This document shows positions 35,021 to 44,108 of a DNA stretch of 64,000 bases, in pieces. Each line of letters begins with the position of its first letter. Position 1 is the first letter of the stretch. This stretch comes from Planctomycetota bacterium. Lineage in GTDB: Bacteria > Planctomycetota > Planctomycetia > Gemmatales > HRBIN36. Below the pieces are notes generated by a model, which was not told the origin of the DNA, searched no databases, and worked only from the letters and a program-made list of their open reading frames with translations. Where the stretch lies: positions 59,800 to 123,799 of the forward strand of contig JACTMY010000006.1 in the NCBI GenBank assembly GCA_014584395.1. Direction: 5' to 3'. Position numbers and translations under genes: made by a program.

Positions 35021-37315
35021 TCAAATCCACTGGCCGATCTGATAGGTCGCCAGGGCGGCGAGATACGCCAGCGCTGTCATGTAGGTGAAGGTGAAGAGAG
35101 GCCAGCGCCAACTATGGGTTTCGCGTTTGATGACCACCAACGTCGAAGCACATTGGCAGCACAATGCAAAAAAGATCATCAAGGAGAGCGCCACAGACAG
35201 CGTGAACACGGGTTGACCGGCCCGCGGGCTGCCGGCGTCCCAGGTTGAGTTTTTCAGCTTTTGCGCCAAGGCCAGGCGCGCCTGTTCATCCTCGACGTCC
35301 ACTTCGCCTTCGTCATAGATGATGCCCAGGGTGCCGACCACGATCTCCCGAGCGGGAAAGCTTGCCAGGGCCGCCATGCCAATCCGCCAGTCCCAGCCGA
35401 GGGGTTGGAACGCCGGTTCGAGGAAGCGGCCCGTGCGGCCGAGATAACTTTGCGTGCGCCAGCACTGCAGCATGGCGTTTCGCTGTTCTTCCAAATCCTC
35501 GAGGCGCTTCAGCTCCTCGGCTGTGGCCTTCTCCTTGGCGGGCAGTGCCTCGATCTGCTCCTCCAGGGCAGCGACTTGCACATCGTAACTGTGCCCGTTT
35601 TCGTCCGTCGAGGGGAAATAGAGCAAGGCCCATACCAGGATCATGCTCGCCAAGATCAAGGTGGCGGCGCGCCGCACAAACGCCCAGCCGCGCTCCACCA
35701 TGCGATAAAGGACCAGGGAGGGGGATGGCCATTTGTAACTTGGCATCTCCAGGATGAACAACGGCGTCTCGCCGCGCAGCAGCGTTCGCTTGAGCAGCAA
35801 GGCGACCAAGGGAGCCGCGATCAGGCCCACGAGGTACATGCCGAAGATGACCACGGGCGGCACCCACCAGCCAAACGGCGCGAAAAAGGCGGCACTCAGC
35901 AGCACATACACCGGCAGACGCGCCGAACAACTCATGAGCGGCGCAATCAGAATGGTGGCGATCCGGTCGCGGCGATTTTCGATGACGCGCGTGGACATGA
36001 TGCCGGGGATGGCACAGGCAAACGATGACAGCAAGGGAATGAACGATTTTCCTCCCAGACCGCATTTGGACATGATTTTGTCCATCAGGAAGGCCGCCCT
36101 GGCCATGTAGCCGCAATCTTCCAACATCGCAATAAAGGCGAACAGGATCATGATCTGCGGGAGAAAAATCAACACGCCGCCCACGCCTTCGAGCACGCCG
36201 GAAACGAGCAGACTGCGGAGCACCCCGGGCTCCATCCACTCGTTCAGTCTGGCCGCCAGCCAGCCTTTGCCCGCGTCAATGCCGTCCATTAACGGTTTGG
36301 CGCCTAGAAACAGACCGACGAACATCAGGAAAAAGATGACCAAGAACGTCAGCGTGCCCCAAACCTTGTGCATCAAAAACGCATCGATGCGGCTCGTCCA
36401 GGTCACGGTTTTCTCAGTCGACCGCTTCACGCAGCCTTGAAGCCGTTCCTTGATCCAGCCATAGCGAACCCGAGCCTCGATCTGGGGAATGGGGCATTGC
36501 GCCGCTTGCAAGCGCGCCCGCGCCGCTTCCAGCTCGGCTTTAGCTTGCGGGCCAACCTGGCTCAAATAGCGCTCCTGGGTGGCTCCATCACGGTCGATGA
36601 AGAGACGCTTAATCATTTCCACCGGCCAGGCTGCGAGCATTTCGGGCCTTTGCCGCTGCAGTTCGCTGCGCCACTGGTTGACTTCCCGCGTGAACGGTTC
36701 TGGATAGTGCGGATATTGATCGGGCGGCTGCAAAGTTTCCGCCCTTGCCAAGACGCTTTTCAATTCCTGGAGGCCCTGACCCCGATGAGCCTGCATGGGG
36801 ATCACGGGAACGCCCAAGCGCTGACTGATTTGTTCCGGATCGAGCACCACGCCCTTGTTCTGGGCGATATCCATCATGTTGAGGGCCACGATGACGGGCC
36901 GCCCCAGCTCCATGAGCTGCGTGGTCAGATAAAGGTTCCGCTCCAGGTTGGAGGCATCGACGATGTTCAAAATGACGTCGGGCTTGGCCGTGCCTGGTTG
37001 ATGACCGAGCAGGACGTCGATGGCGACCATTTCATCGGGGCTGCGCGGCGCGAGGCTATAGGTGCCGGGCAGGTCGATTAGGTCGAACTGCATCGCAGCG
37101 AACGTGAAGGAGCCGACTTTTTTCTCAACAGTGACGCCCGGATAATTGCCGATCTTTTGACGCAGACCCGACAAGGCGTTGAACAGGCTCGACTTGCCCG
37201 TGTTGGGATTGCCGACCAAAGCGACGACCAGGCGATTCGATGAGTGGGAACCGGCGGCTGACGCGGCGCGGGGTTCAGTTTGGCCGGCGAGAGGGTTCGG
37301 CGGGTTGGACGTCAT
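35021..37315 (-). CDS. feoB: Ferrous iron transport protein B
   Basis: It has an N-terminal GTPase (VALVGNPNTGKSSLFNALSG, DLPGTYSL, NMMD) and a large polytopic membrane domain. 764 aa. Confidence 0.9.
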   Translation of the reverse strand: MTSNPPNPLAGQTEPRAASAAGSHSSNRLVVALVGNPNTGKSSLFNALSGLRQKIGNYPGVTVEKKVGSFTFAAMQFDLIDLPGTYSLAPRSPDEMVAIDVLLGHQPGTAKPDVILNIVDASNLERNLYLTTQLMELGRPVIVALNMMDIAQNKGVVLDPEQISQRLGVPVIPMQAHRGQGLQELKSVLARAETLQPPDQYPHYPEPFTREVNQWRSELQRQRPEMLAAWPVEMIKRLFIDRDGATQERYLSQVGPQAKAELEAARARLQAAQCPIPQIEARVRYGWIKERLQGCVKRSTEKTVTWTSRIDAFLMHKVWGTLTFLVIFFLMFVGLFLGAKPLMDGIDAGKGWLAARLNEWMEPGVLRSLLVSGVLEGVGGVLIFLPQIMILFAFIAMLEDCGYMARAAFLMDKIMSKCGLGGKSFIPLLSSFACAIPGIMSTRVIENRRDRIATILIAPLMSCSARLPVYVLLSAAFFAPFGWWVPPVVIFGMYLVGLIAAPLVALLLKRTLLRGETPLFILEMPSYKWPSPSLVLYRMVERGWAFVRRAATLILASMILVWALLYFPSTDENGHSYDVQVAALEEQIEALPAKEKATAEELKRLEDLEEQRNAMLQCWRTQSYLGRTGRFLEPAFQPLGWDWRIGMAALASFPAREIVVGTLGIIYDEGEVDVEDEQARLALAQKLKNSTWDAGSPRAGQPVFTLSVALSLMIFFALCCQCASTLVVIKRETHSWRWPLFTFTYMTALAYLAALATYQIGQWI

Positions 37316-37548
37316 TGAACGATGACTCGAGCAGCTTCCGATCGACGCAAGCTCAATAAATAGCCACCAATGCGAATCTCAATCGGATCTCCAAGCGGCG
37401 CCACGGTGACCATCTCGACCTGCTCCCCTTCCAGCAACCCCATCTCCATTAGTCGTTGACAAAGATGATCCTGGCCCAAAATGGCCGTGATGCATCCCGA
37501 TTCGCCGGGTCGAAGTTCGCTCAAACTCGGCATGGGAATGAGTCTCAT
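37312..37548 (-). CDS. feoA: FeoA family protein
   Basis: 78-aa SH3-like FeoA domain (LSELRPGESGCITAI...RLMEMGLLEGEQVEMV). It overlaps feoB by 4 nt. Confidence 0.8.
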   Translation of the reverse strand: MRLIPMPSLSELRPGESGCITAILGQDHLCQRLMEMGLLEGEQVEMVTVAPLGDPIEIRIGGYLLSLRRSEAARVIVQ

Positions 37549-37775
37549 TCGTTGGTGGACAGAGGTCTGACCAACACTTGCTGCCGGTCATTCAGCCGAA
37601 GGCTTAAACGCGCTTCTCCGATTTGCACCACACAAGGCGAGCCAGCCTGAATCATTTGAATGGCGGACCCCACATGCAAACCGATGTCTGCCAAACGCGC
37701 GACAAAGTTAGGATCACCTTCCACCACGGTGATCTCAGCTTGTTCACAGTTTTGCAGGAATTCAAGGGGAAGCAT
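37545..37775 (-). CDS. feoA: FeoA family protein (second copy)
   Basis: It starts MLPLEFLQNCEQAEITVVEGDPNFVARLADIGLHVGSAIQMI... The start was taken at the internal Met (37775) because the longer form would begin inside the upstream palindrome. Confidence 0.7.
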   Translation of the reverse strand: MLPLEFLQNCEQAEITVVEGDPNFVARLADIGLHVGSAIQMIQAGSPCVVQIGEARLSLRLNDRQQVLVRPLSTNE

Positions 37776-37806
37776 GATCGTTCTCGTAGCGTCTTTGATC
37801 TTGCTA

Positions 37807-37823
37807 TTGAGAATCAGTCTCAA
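37807..37823. promoter_or_regulatory. Palindrome TTGAGAatcagTCTCAA in the AT-rich feoA / FMN-reductase divergent control region
   Basis: The inverted repeat was read directly from the sequence. It lies about 30 nt upstream of the feoA-2 start, in the only strongly AT-rich stretch of this area. The match to the Fur-box consensus is weak (about 11/19 by eye). Confidence 0.35.
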
Positions 37824-37955
37824 TAATCTTATCGGTCAATTAGCCCGTCGTCAAGCAATGAATTTCAAGTTATCTTCAATGGTCGTGCTTTCTTTACGAA
37901 TGTATCGGCTAATATCCATCCTAATCATGCTGAAACAGAACAAGGAAATCACTTG

Positions 37956-38507
37956 ATGGCCAACCTCATCGGTCTCTCGGGCAGTTTGAGAAAGGGATCC
38001 ATCAATACGGCCTTGCTCCGGGAGGCAGCGACCATGATGCCTTCAGGTTCAACACTCTCGGTGCGAACCATACATGGCATCCCGCTTTATGATGCCGACC
38101 TTGAAGCGGCCCAAGGCATTCCATCGGTCGCGGCCAATTTGAAAGATGCCATAGCCGCTTCGGATGGGCTGATCCTCGCCACACCGGAGTACAACAATTC
38201 CATTCCTGGCGTGTTCAAGAACGCCATCGATTGGCTCAGCCGGCCACCCGCCGATCAAAAGCGCGTGTTCGCCGGCAAGCCCGTCGCCATCATGGGGGCC
38301 ACGCCCGGAGGATTCGGCACGATCCTCAGTCAAAACGAATGGCTGACCGTCCTTCGCTATCTTGGAACGCGCCCATGGTTCAGCGGAAGGCTGTTGATCT
38401 CCAATGCCGCCAACGTCTTCGATGCCGATGGCCGCATCAAGGACGAAAAAGTGCGGGAATTGCTGAAAGAGTTCGTGACCGGCTTCGCGGCCTTCATCAA
38501 TGGATGA
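37956..38507 (+). CDS. NADPH-dependent FMN reductase family protein
   Basis: LIGLSGSLRKGSINTALL...ILATPEYNNSIPGVFKNAIDWLSR is the classic FMN_red signature. Confidence 0.85.
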   Translation: MANLIGLSGSLRKGSINTALLREAATMMPSGSTLSVRTIHGIPLYDADLEAAQGIPSVAANLKDAIAASDGLILATPEYNNSIPGVFKNAIDWLSRPPADQKRVFAGKPVAIMGATPGGFGTILSQNEWLTVLRYLGTRPWFSGRLLISNAANVFDADGRIKDEKVRELLKEFVTGFAAFING

Positions 38508-38654
38508 AAACCGAAGCGGTTTGATCCAATCATGAGAGAATGAAAGCCCATCGACCGCTGACGGATTGTGCGGTCAAGACTATCGGTCGCCATCTTGCTT
38601 CCACCTTTCAAATCGAAGACAATGGGGGCATTTCACCCTATGTGAGGATTGGCC

Positions 38655-39797
38655 ATGGGCATGATGTGGCTGAATGGCATGGCGTTGCTGATGACGATTT
38701 GTCAAGGGCCGCTGCCCGCGACGGAGGAGGAACGCTTCCGAGACCTTCTTCGAGAGCTGCGTCAGAAGGCCGAGGCCACAAAAACCAGTGAGCGACAACA
38801 GGCCTTGGACCTGTTCAAACAGGCGGAGCAAGCAGGGAAAGCCGGCCGTTGGAGCGATGCTCAGTCCCTGGCTCGACAGGCGGAGCAGATCGATCCAGAC
38901 CTGCCCGGCCTGCGGCTGTTTCAAAAACACATCGACCAGCAGTTGAAGACGCCCGCGCCGCTCAAGACCGATTTGCAAATGGCCCGGCTCTGTCTCATGG
39001 AGGCCGTCGTCCATTTGCAAAGCCTTGTTCAGGAACGCCGCTACGCCGAGGCGCAGCGATGGAGCGAGATGGTGCGCGGCACCGTGCATCGCTTTCCCAA
39101 GGATTACGATCTGTCAGCCGTGCTAGAGCGGATGGAAGAAGTCATCCGGGAATTTCAGCAACGTTTGGATCAACCGCCTCCCCCGCCTATCCCTGCTTCC
39201 TCGAAGACCAAGCTCCCCGCCCCCGATAGCGACTCGACTACCTGGAAAAAGCGACTTTCCAAGCCGATAAACATTGAATGGGATCAAGTCACGGTCCGCG
39301 AAGCCTTGCAACAGATTGCCGACGCCACGGGTGTGACCTTTATCATCGACGAACCACGCGTTTCTGTGCGACAGCTCGATCAGCGGACCATCAGCCTGCA
39401 CCAACAAACCTCAGCCAACCTTGCTTTGGAAACCATCCTGCAATCGATGGCTCTCGAGTTTGTTCCTCTCAGCCAGAATCAGCTTTTATTGACGACCAAG
39501 GCACAGGCTCTGGCTCGAGCGGTCCGCCCCGAGTCGCTGCAATCGAATGTCACCCTGCAGCCCTCAACCCAGGCCAAAGACCCACGCTCGGAGCCGCCGC
39601 CCAGGACCGAGTCCCCTGCCCCTTCAGGGAAGGTTGGCCAAAAACCTCCGGCTTATTTGCAATCCCCTGAAGCGTTTCGCAGGCACATGGAGGCGATGCT
39701 CGGTCCCGAACTCACTCAACCTCCTCCGCCGCCAAGCATCTTGCCGCCTCCCAAAGGTGAGGTCTTGCCGCCTCCTAAGGCCGATTTGCCGCCATGA
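38655..39797 (+). CDS. Secreted protein with STN-like (secretin/TonB N-terminal) domain and Pro-rich C-terminus
   Basis: It has a signal-like N-terminus (MGMMWLNGMALLMTIC) and a helical TPR-like part. An STN-like segment follows (VTVREALQQIADATGVTFIID...LALETILQSMALEFV). The tail is proline-rich. Confidence 0.5.
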   Translation: MGMMWLNGMALLMTICQGPLPATEEERFRDLLRELRQKAEATKTSERQQALDLFKQAEQAGKAGRWSDAQSLARQAEQIDPDLPGLRLFQKHIDQQLKTPAPLKTDLQMARLCLMEAVVHLQSLVQERRYAEAQRWSEMVRGTVHRFPKDYDLSAVLERMEEVIREFQQRLDQPPPPPIPASSKTKLPAPDSDSTTWKKRLSKPINIEWDQVTVREALQQIADATGVTFIIDEPRVSVRQLDQRTISLHQQTSANLALETILQSMALEFVPLSQNQLLLTTKAQALARAVRPESLQSNVTLQPSTQAKDPRSEPPPRTESPAPSGKVGQKPPAYLQSPEAFRRHMEAMLGPELTQPPPPPSILPPPKGEVLPPPKADLPP

Positions 39798-39841
39798 CAG
39801 GACGCTCCCGCTGCCAAACGCTAATATGATCGAGACGTTGC

Positions 39842-40663
39842 ATGGCGGAGACACCGATGCAGGAATGGCTGAAGGAAATCCTCGATCATGCCCGCAGTTG
39901 GCAAGCCGCGGGCATCCATTGGCTGCCTCCCTCCGATGCCCCGCCCTGGAAGCGCCGACATGATGCCGAGGCTGAAAAACCGACCACGGACTCCAGCAGT
40001 GCAAATCGTTCCGCTTCCGTGTCCGCTGCAGCCACGACCCATCAACATTGGTTCGAACCATCCCCTTCGCCAACGGTTCCCATGAGTTTAGAAGAACGCC
40101 GCATCGCCCTCCAAACGCTCGATGAGCAACAAGTGAAAACCTGCACGCGCTGCACGGAATTGGTCCGCAACCGCACGCAGACCGTGTTTGGCGTGGGCAA
40201 TCTCGAAGCGGAATTGTGCATCGTGGGCGAAGCTCCTGGAGCGGACGAAGACGCTCAAGGGGAACCCTTTGTCGGCGCCGCGGGTCAGTTGCTCAATCGC
40301 ATCCTCGAGGCCTGCCAACTGAAGCGCAGCGACGTTTACATTTGCAACGTGCTCAAATGCCGCCCGCCGGGCAATCGGCCGCCCTTGCCCGATGAAGTGG
40401 CCCATTGCCGGCCGTTCCTGGAAAGGCAACTCGACGTGATTCAGCCCAAGTTCATTTGTTGCTTGGGAGCTGCCGCGGCGCAAACGATTCTGAACACCAA
40501 CCTGGCGATCGGCAAATTACGCAAGAAGTTCCATACCTATCGCGGCATCGCCGTGATCTGCACCTATCACCCGGCTTATCTGCTCCGCAATCCCAACGCC
40601 AAGCGGGACGTCTGGGAAGACATGAAAATGCTGATGGCTAAAATGGGCCGCCCCGTGAGCTGA
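39842..40663 (+). CDS. Uracil-DNA glycosylase, family 4, with a roughly 90-aa N-terminal extension
   Basis: It carries CTRCTELVRNRTQTVFGVGNLEAELCIVGEAPGADEDAQGEPFVGAAGQLLNRIL and HPAYLLRNP, which are family 4 UDG motifs. Confidence 0.85.
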   Translation: MAETPMQEWLKEILDHARSWQAAGIHWLPPSDAPPWKRRHDAEAEKPTTDSSSANRSASVSAAATTHQHWFEPSPSPTVPMSLEERRIALQTLDEQQVKTCTRCTELVRNRTQTVFGVGNLEAELCIVGEAPGADEDAQGEPFVGAAGQLLNRILEACQLKRSDVYICNVLKCRPPGNRPPLPDEVAHCRPFLERQLDVIQPKFICCLGAAAAQTILNTNLAIGKLRKKFHTYRGIAVICTYHPAYLLRNPNAKRDVWEDMKMLMAKMGRPVS

Positions 40664-40666
40664 GCG

Positions 40667-42016
40667 TCAGGCCAGATCGGGCTGGAGAAAGCGGACGCGC
40701 ATCCCCTCGGATTGCATAATGGCTTCGGCGGCCAGGTAGCCGCTGCGAACGGCCCCTTCCATGGTGGCGGGCCAGCCGGTCGCCGTCCAATCTCCCGCCA
40801 AATACAGCCCCGCGATGGGCGACCGCTGGTCCGGCCGCCAGCGATCCACCCCCGGTTCGACGCTGAACGTCGCGTGCGGCTCGGTGATGACCCGCGATCG
40901 CAACAGCTTCGCCTCGGCCGGAATGGGCAGCCTCGCTTGCAATCCTTCCAGGACCGCCGCCAAAATGCGCTCGCCGCCCCATCCTCGCAAGTCGCGCGCC
41001 GCGCTGATGACGACTTGATAGTAGTGCTCCCCGGCCACACCCGAGGGGCGATGGAAGAGCCATTGCGAAATGCCTTCCAGCAACACCAAGTGCGGATAGG
41101 TCGTGATGGGACGATCAAACCACATGTGCACGCTGGTGATGGGAGAGGTTTTGAGCAGTTGCATTCTCGTGAACACCGGGTATTGCTGCACGACCTCGGA
41201 AGGCAGCAGGTCAAGCAAGCGGTAAAAGGGAACGGCGGCCAGATAGAGGTCCGCTTCAAGCGTCTCGCCGCCGCGCAGTTGAACGCCGTGAATGACCGCA
41301 TTCTCGATTAGCAATTGCCGAGCAGGGCAATCGAGCCGAAGGTCGATGTGATGGTCCTTGAGCCAAGCCTGCATTTCCTTGCCGTACAATTCGCTTAAGG
41401 GCACCTTCGGCAGATAGACCACGCCCCCTTCACGGTGCTTCATCAAACCCTCGACGAAAACCTTGCGCGCATATTTGAGGCCGATCTGTTCAATGCCTTC
41501 GTTCAATGCGCTAACGAGAATGACGTTCCAAAAACAGTTGATGGACGTGCGTTGTTGCCCCTGCTCCTCGAGCCACTCCATGAAGGGGGGATCGGATTGA
41601 GGCGAAAAGCGCTCCAGGGCCGCCAAGGCCCAGCCAATGCTGAGCTTGTCCGAACGGGAAAGAAAATGGGCGCGGAGAAACGAGCGGATCAAATGCCAGG
41701 GCGCCGGCAAGCCATCGGCCCGCCATTGGGAGACGCGGCCATCCGCCGTCATGAAGTAAAGCGTTGTGACGCGTTCCAGCAGGTGAGCGATGCCGACCTG
41801 TTCGCAGAAGTGGGTAAAATTGGTGCAGCAGCCCATGCTGACGTGCTGACAGAGGTCGACGGCTTGCCCCGAGTTGGGGTCCGTGAAGGAACTGGCCCGG
41901 CCTCCTAATTGACTGCGTGCTTCCACCAGGGTAATGCGCCATCCGCGAGGAGCGAGGGCCGTCGCCGCGGCCAGCCCCGCGAGTCCGCCGCCAATGATCA
42001 GGAGTCGTCCGGACAT
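40667..42016 (-). CDS. hpnE: Hydroxysqualene dehydroxylase HpnE (FAD-dependent amine-oxidase/phytoene-desaturase fold)
   Basis: ATG at 42016 gives MSGRLLIIGGGLAGLAAA (Rossmann GxGxxG). It lies immediately downstream of the tandem squalene-synthase-like gene. Confidence 0.75.
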   Translation of the reverse strand: MSGRLLIIGGGLAGLAAATALAPRGWRITLVEARSQLGGRASSFTDPNSGQAVDLCQHVSMGCCTNFTHFCEQVGIAHLLERVTTLYFMTADGRVSQWRADGLPAPWHLIRSFLRAHFLSRSDKLSIGWALAALERFSPQSDPPFMEWLEEQGQQRTSINCFWNVILVSALNEGIEQIGLKYARKVFVEGLMKHREGGVVYLPKVPLSELYGKEMQAWLKDHHIDLRLDCPARQLLIENAVIHGVQLRGGETLEADLYLAAVPFYRLLDLLPSEVVQQYPVFTRMQLLKTSPITSVHMWFDRPITTYPHLVLLEGISQWLFHRPSGVAGEHYYQVVISAARDLRGWGGERILAAVLEGLQARLPIPAEAKLLRSRVITEPHATFSVEPGVDRWRPDQRSPIAGLYLAGDWTATGWPATMEGAVRSGYLAAEAIMQSEGMRVRFLQPDLA

Positions 42017-42044
42017 CGTGCCGATCTCCACATGCCTGGGGCGG

Positions 42045-43889
42045 TCATGAGCCAGCCGCCCAACGCTGAGGGATCGTCTTTAGGAACAACTGCAGCTTGC
42101 GCCAGCGCGGCAACCGAAAACGTTTTCCCTTCCATTGAAATTGCGAGTTTTCCAACCGGTCCAAAATTTCCGCATAAGTTTGCGACATCAACCGCCATAC
42201 GGCCCGCCCATCATGGGGGAGAAAATCCGCCACGGCCGCGGCATCCTTATAATGACCTCGGGCGATCCGGGCCATGTCGCGCAACAGGGCCAAAGCGTCC
42301 GCGGGAGGCGGTTCTTGGACGATTTCTTCCTCCCGCACTTGATGCTGATTCATAAGGTCCAAGGGCACATAGCACCGATTGTCGCGCGCATCGAGCCGAA
42401 CATCACGCAAAATATTAGTAATTTGCAACGCCCGACCAGCGGACAGGGCGTGGGGCAGCACCTTGGGATCATGGCAACCCCACACCGCCAGGCAGCATAA
42501 GCCGACATACCCGGCTACCTGGTCGCAATAACGCTCCAATTCCGCCAGGGTTTGAAAGCGTCGGCAAGCCAGGTCGCTCTCCACGCCATCGATCACCACG
42601 TGAAACCACGCAGGGTCGATGCGAAAACGCTGCACGGCCCGGATCAAAGCAGGGTGAAGGCGATGAGAAAATTGGCCCCGCAAGGCCCGATCCAAATCGT
42701 CGCGCCACCGTTTGAGAGCGGCTGTCTTCCAGGCCGCGGGAGCAGGGTCATCGGCCAGGTCGTCCGTGATGCGCATGAAGGCATAGAGGGCGCACATGCC
42801 CATGCGTTGTTCGGGAGGCAACATCCAAAAGGAGTAGTAGAAATTGCCTGCGCGCTGCCGAGCCAAATATTCGCAATAACGCTCGGATTGCGCGAGGGAG
42901 ATGCGCTCCCTCCAACCGCGGCGGTGCGGCGATGCACTTCGATCGGTTGGACATGGGGAACAGCGATCGGGAGCCAATTGCTGCCACCGGCATTGCAGCC
43001 AGTGCTGAATGAGCATGGCGGCCTGCCGCGTCTTGCTCACCGTGGGCCGTCGAGACCAGACGTCGAACTGCTGTCTTTCAATCGCTTCAAGGATCGCCAT
43101 GCCGCCGGAGATGATGAGGTCCACCTCGCCGGACACCTCGCTCGGCAGCTTTTGCACCAAGGCCCGGCCGGCTTGTAACAGATGTCGCGCGCGGTTGACC
43201 TCAAACGACATCAAGGCTTGAAAGGCCGGCGTGCAGCGGCGCTGGGCGAGATCTTCGTCGGCATAGCCAAACCGCTCCCGATCTTCGCGCGGGAGATAGC
43301 AGCGCCCCTTGCCATGATCCACGGCGACGTCTTGCCAAAAGTTGGCCAATTGCAGTCCCGTGCATATCTGATCGGACCGTTCAAGCGATTCCGCATCGAC
43401 GGCGCGAAACAGATGCAGCAAAATGCGGCCAACGGGATTGGCGGAGGAGCGGCAATAGGCAAGCAGTTGTTCGAAGGCGGCATATTCCTTGACGGTCTGG
43501 TCCTGCTCGAAGGCGGCCAGCAGATCGAGAAAAAGCTCAGGCGGAATGGCAAAGGCCCGAATCGTCTCCCGCAAAGCGATCATGACGGGGTGCCGGCTCG
43601 ATCCTTGCAACATGGCCTGAAACTCTTGCCGCCACCATTGGAGCAAGGCCAAGGCCTGCTGCCCTTCGGGCGTCTCGTCGGCCAAATCGTCCGCCCATCG
43701 GCAATAGGCGTAAATGGCATGAAAATGTTGCTGCAGGGAACGCGGTAAAAGAAGGGAGCCAACCGCGAAGTTCTCATAGTGTCTTTGGGCCAAACGCCGG
43801 CAATAACGCCGGGCAGCCGCGAGGGTGGGCCGTCGGCAACGGGCTTGCGGGCCGAATTGTTGCAAGTCCAAAGCGAACGAATCGTGCAT
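42045..43889 (-). CDS. Fused HpnC-like / HpnD-like protein (two tandem squalene/phytoene synthase domains)
   Basis: 614 aa. Domain 1 has HYENFAVGSLLLPRSLQQHFHAIYAYCRWADDLADE (HpnC-like). Domain 2 has AGNFYYSFWMLPPEQRMGMCALYAFMRITDDLADD (HpnD-like). Each domain has its own second Asp-rich region. Confidence 0.75.
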   Translation of the reverse strand: MHDSFALDLQQFGPQARCRRPTLAAARRYCRRLAQRHYENFAVGSLLLPRSLQQHFHAIYAYCRWADDLADETPEGQQALALLQWWRQEFQAMLQGSSRHPVMIALRETIRAFAIPPELFLDLLAAFEQDQTVKEYAAFEQLLAYCRSSANPVGRILLHLFRAVDAESLERSDQICTGLQLANFWQDVAVDHGKGRCYLPREDRERFGYADEDLAQRRCTPAFQALMSFEVNRARHLLQAGRALVQKLPSEVSGEVDLIISGGMAILEAIERQQFDVWSRRPTVSKTRQAAMLIQHWLQCRWQQLAPDRCSPCPTDRSASPHRRGWRERISLAQSERYCEYLARQRAGNFYYSFWMLPPEQRMGMCALYAFMRITDDLADDPAPAAWKTAALKRWRDDLDRALRGQFSHRLHPALIRAVQRFRIDPAWFHVVIDGVESDLACRRFQTLAELERYCDQVAGYVGLCCLAVWGCHDPKVLPHALSAGRALQITNILRDVRLDARDNRCYVPLDLMNQHQVREEEIVQEPPPADALALLRDMARIARGHYKDAAAVADFLPHDGRAVWRLMSQTYAEILDRLENSQFQWKGKRFRLPRWRKLQLFLKTIPQRWAAGS

Positions 43890-44108
43890 GGACCGTGTCC
43901 ATGGGTCATGGGAAACCGCGGCGTTCCAATAAGGCTCGAAGCCGCGGTCTCAAAGGAAAGGCATCCGTTGCGACGTTGCCACCCTGGGGCAACCCTGGTA
44001 GAGAATCATCATAGGAGTTTTACGTTTCCCCGCATCGAGGCCGATGGCTTGCCCATCCGCCGTTCGATTTTCTCCTCCCTCTGGGAGGCCATTGAAGGTG
44101 TATCCCAC

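Noticed and set aside
37807-37826. Fur box call for the feoA upstream palindrome.
   Set aside because: Only about 11 of 19 positions match the GATAATGATAATCATTATC consensus by eye. It is reported as a generic palindrome and candidate operator, not as a Fur box.
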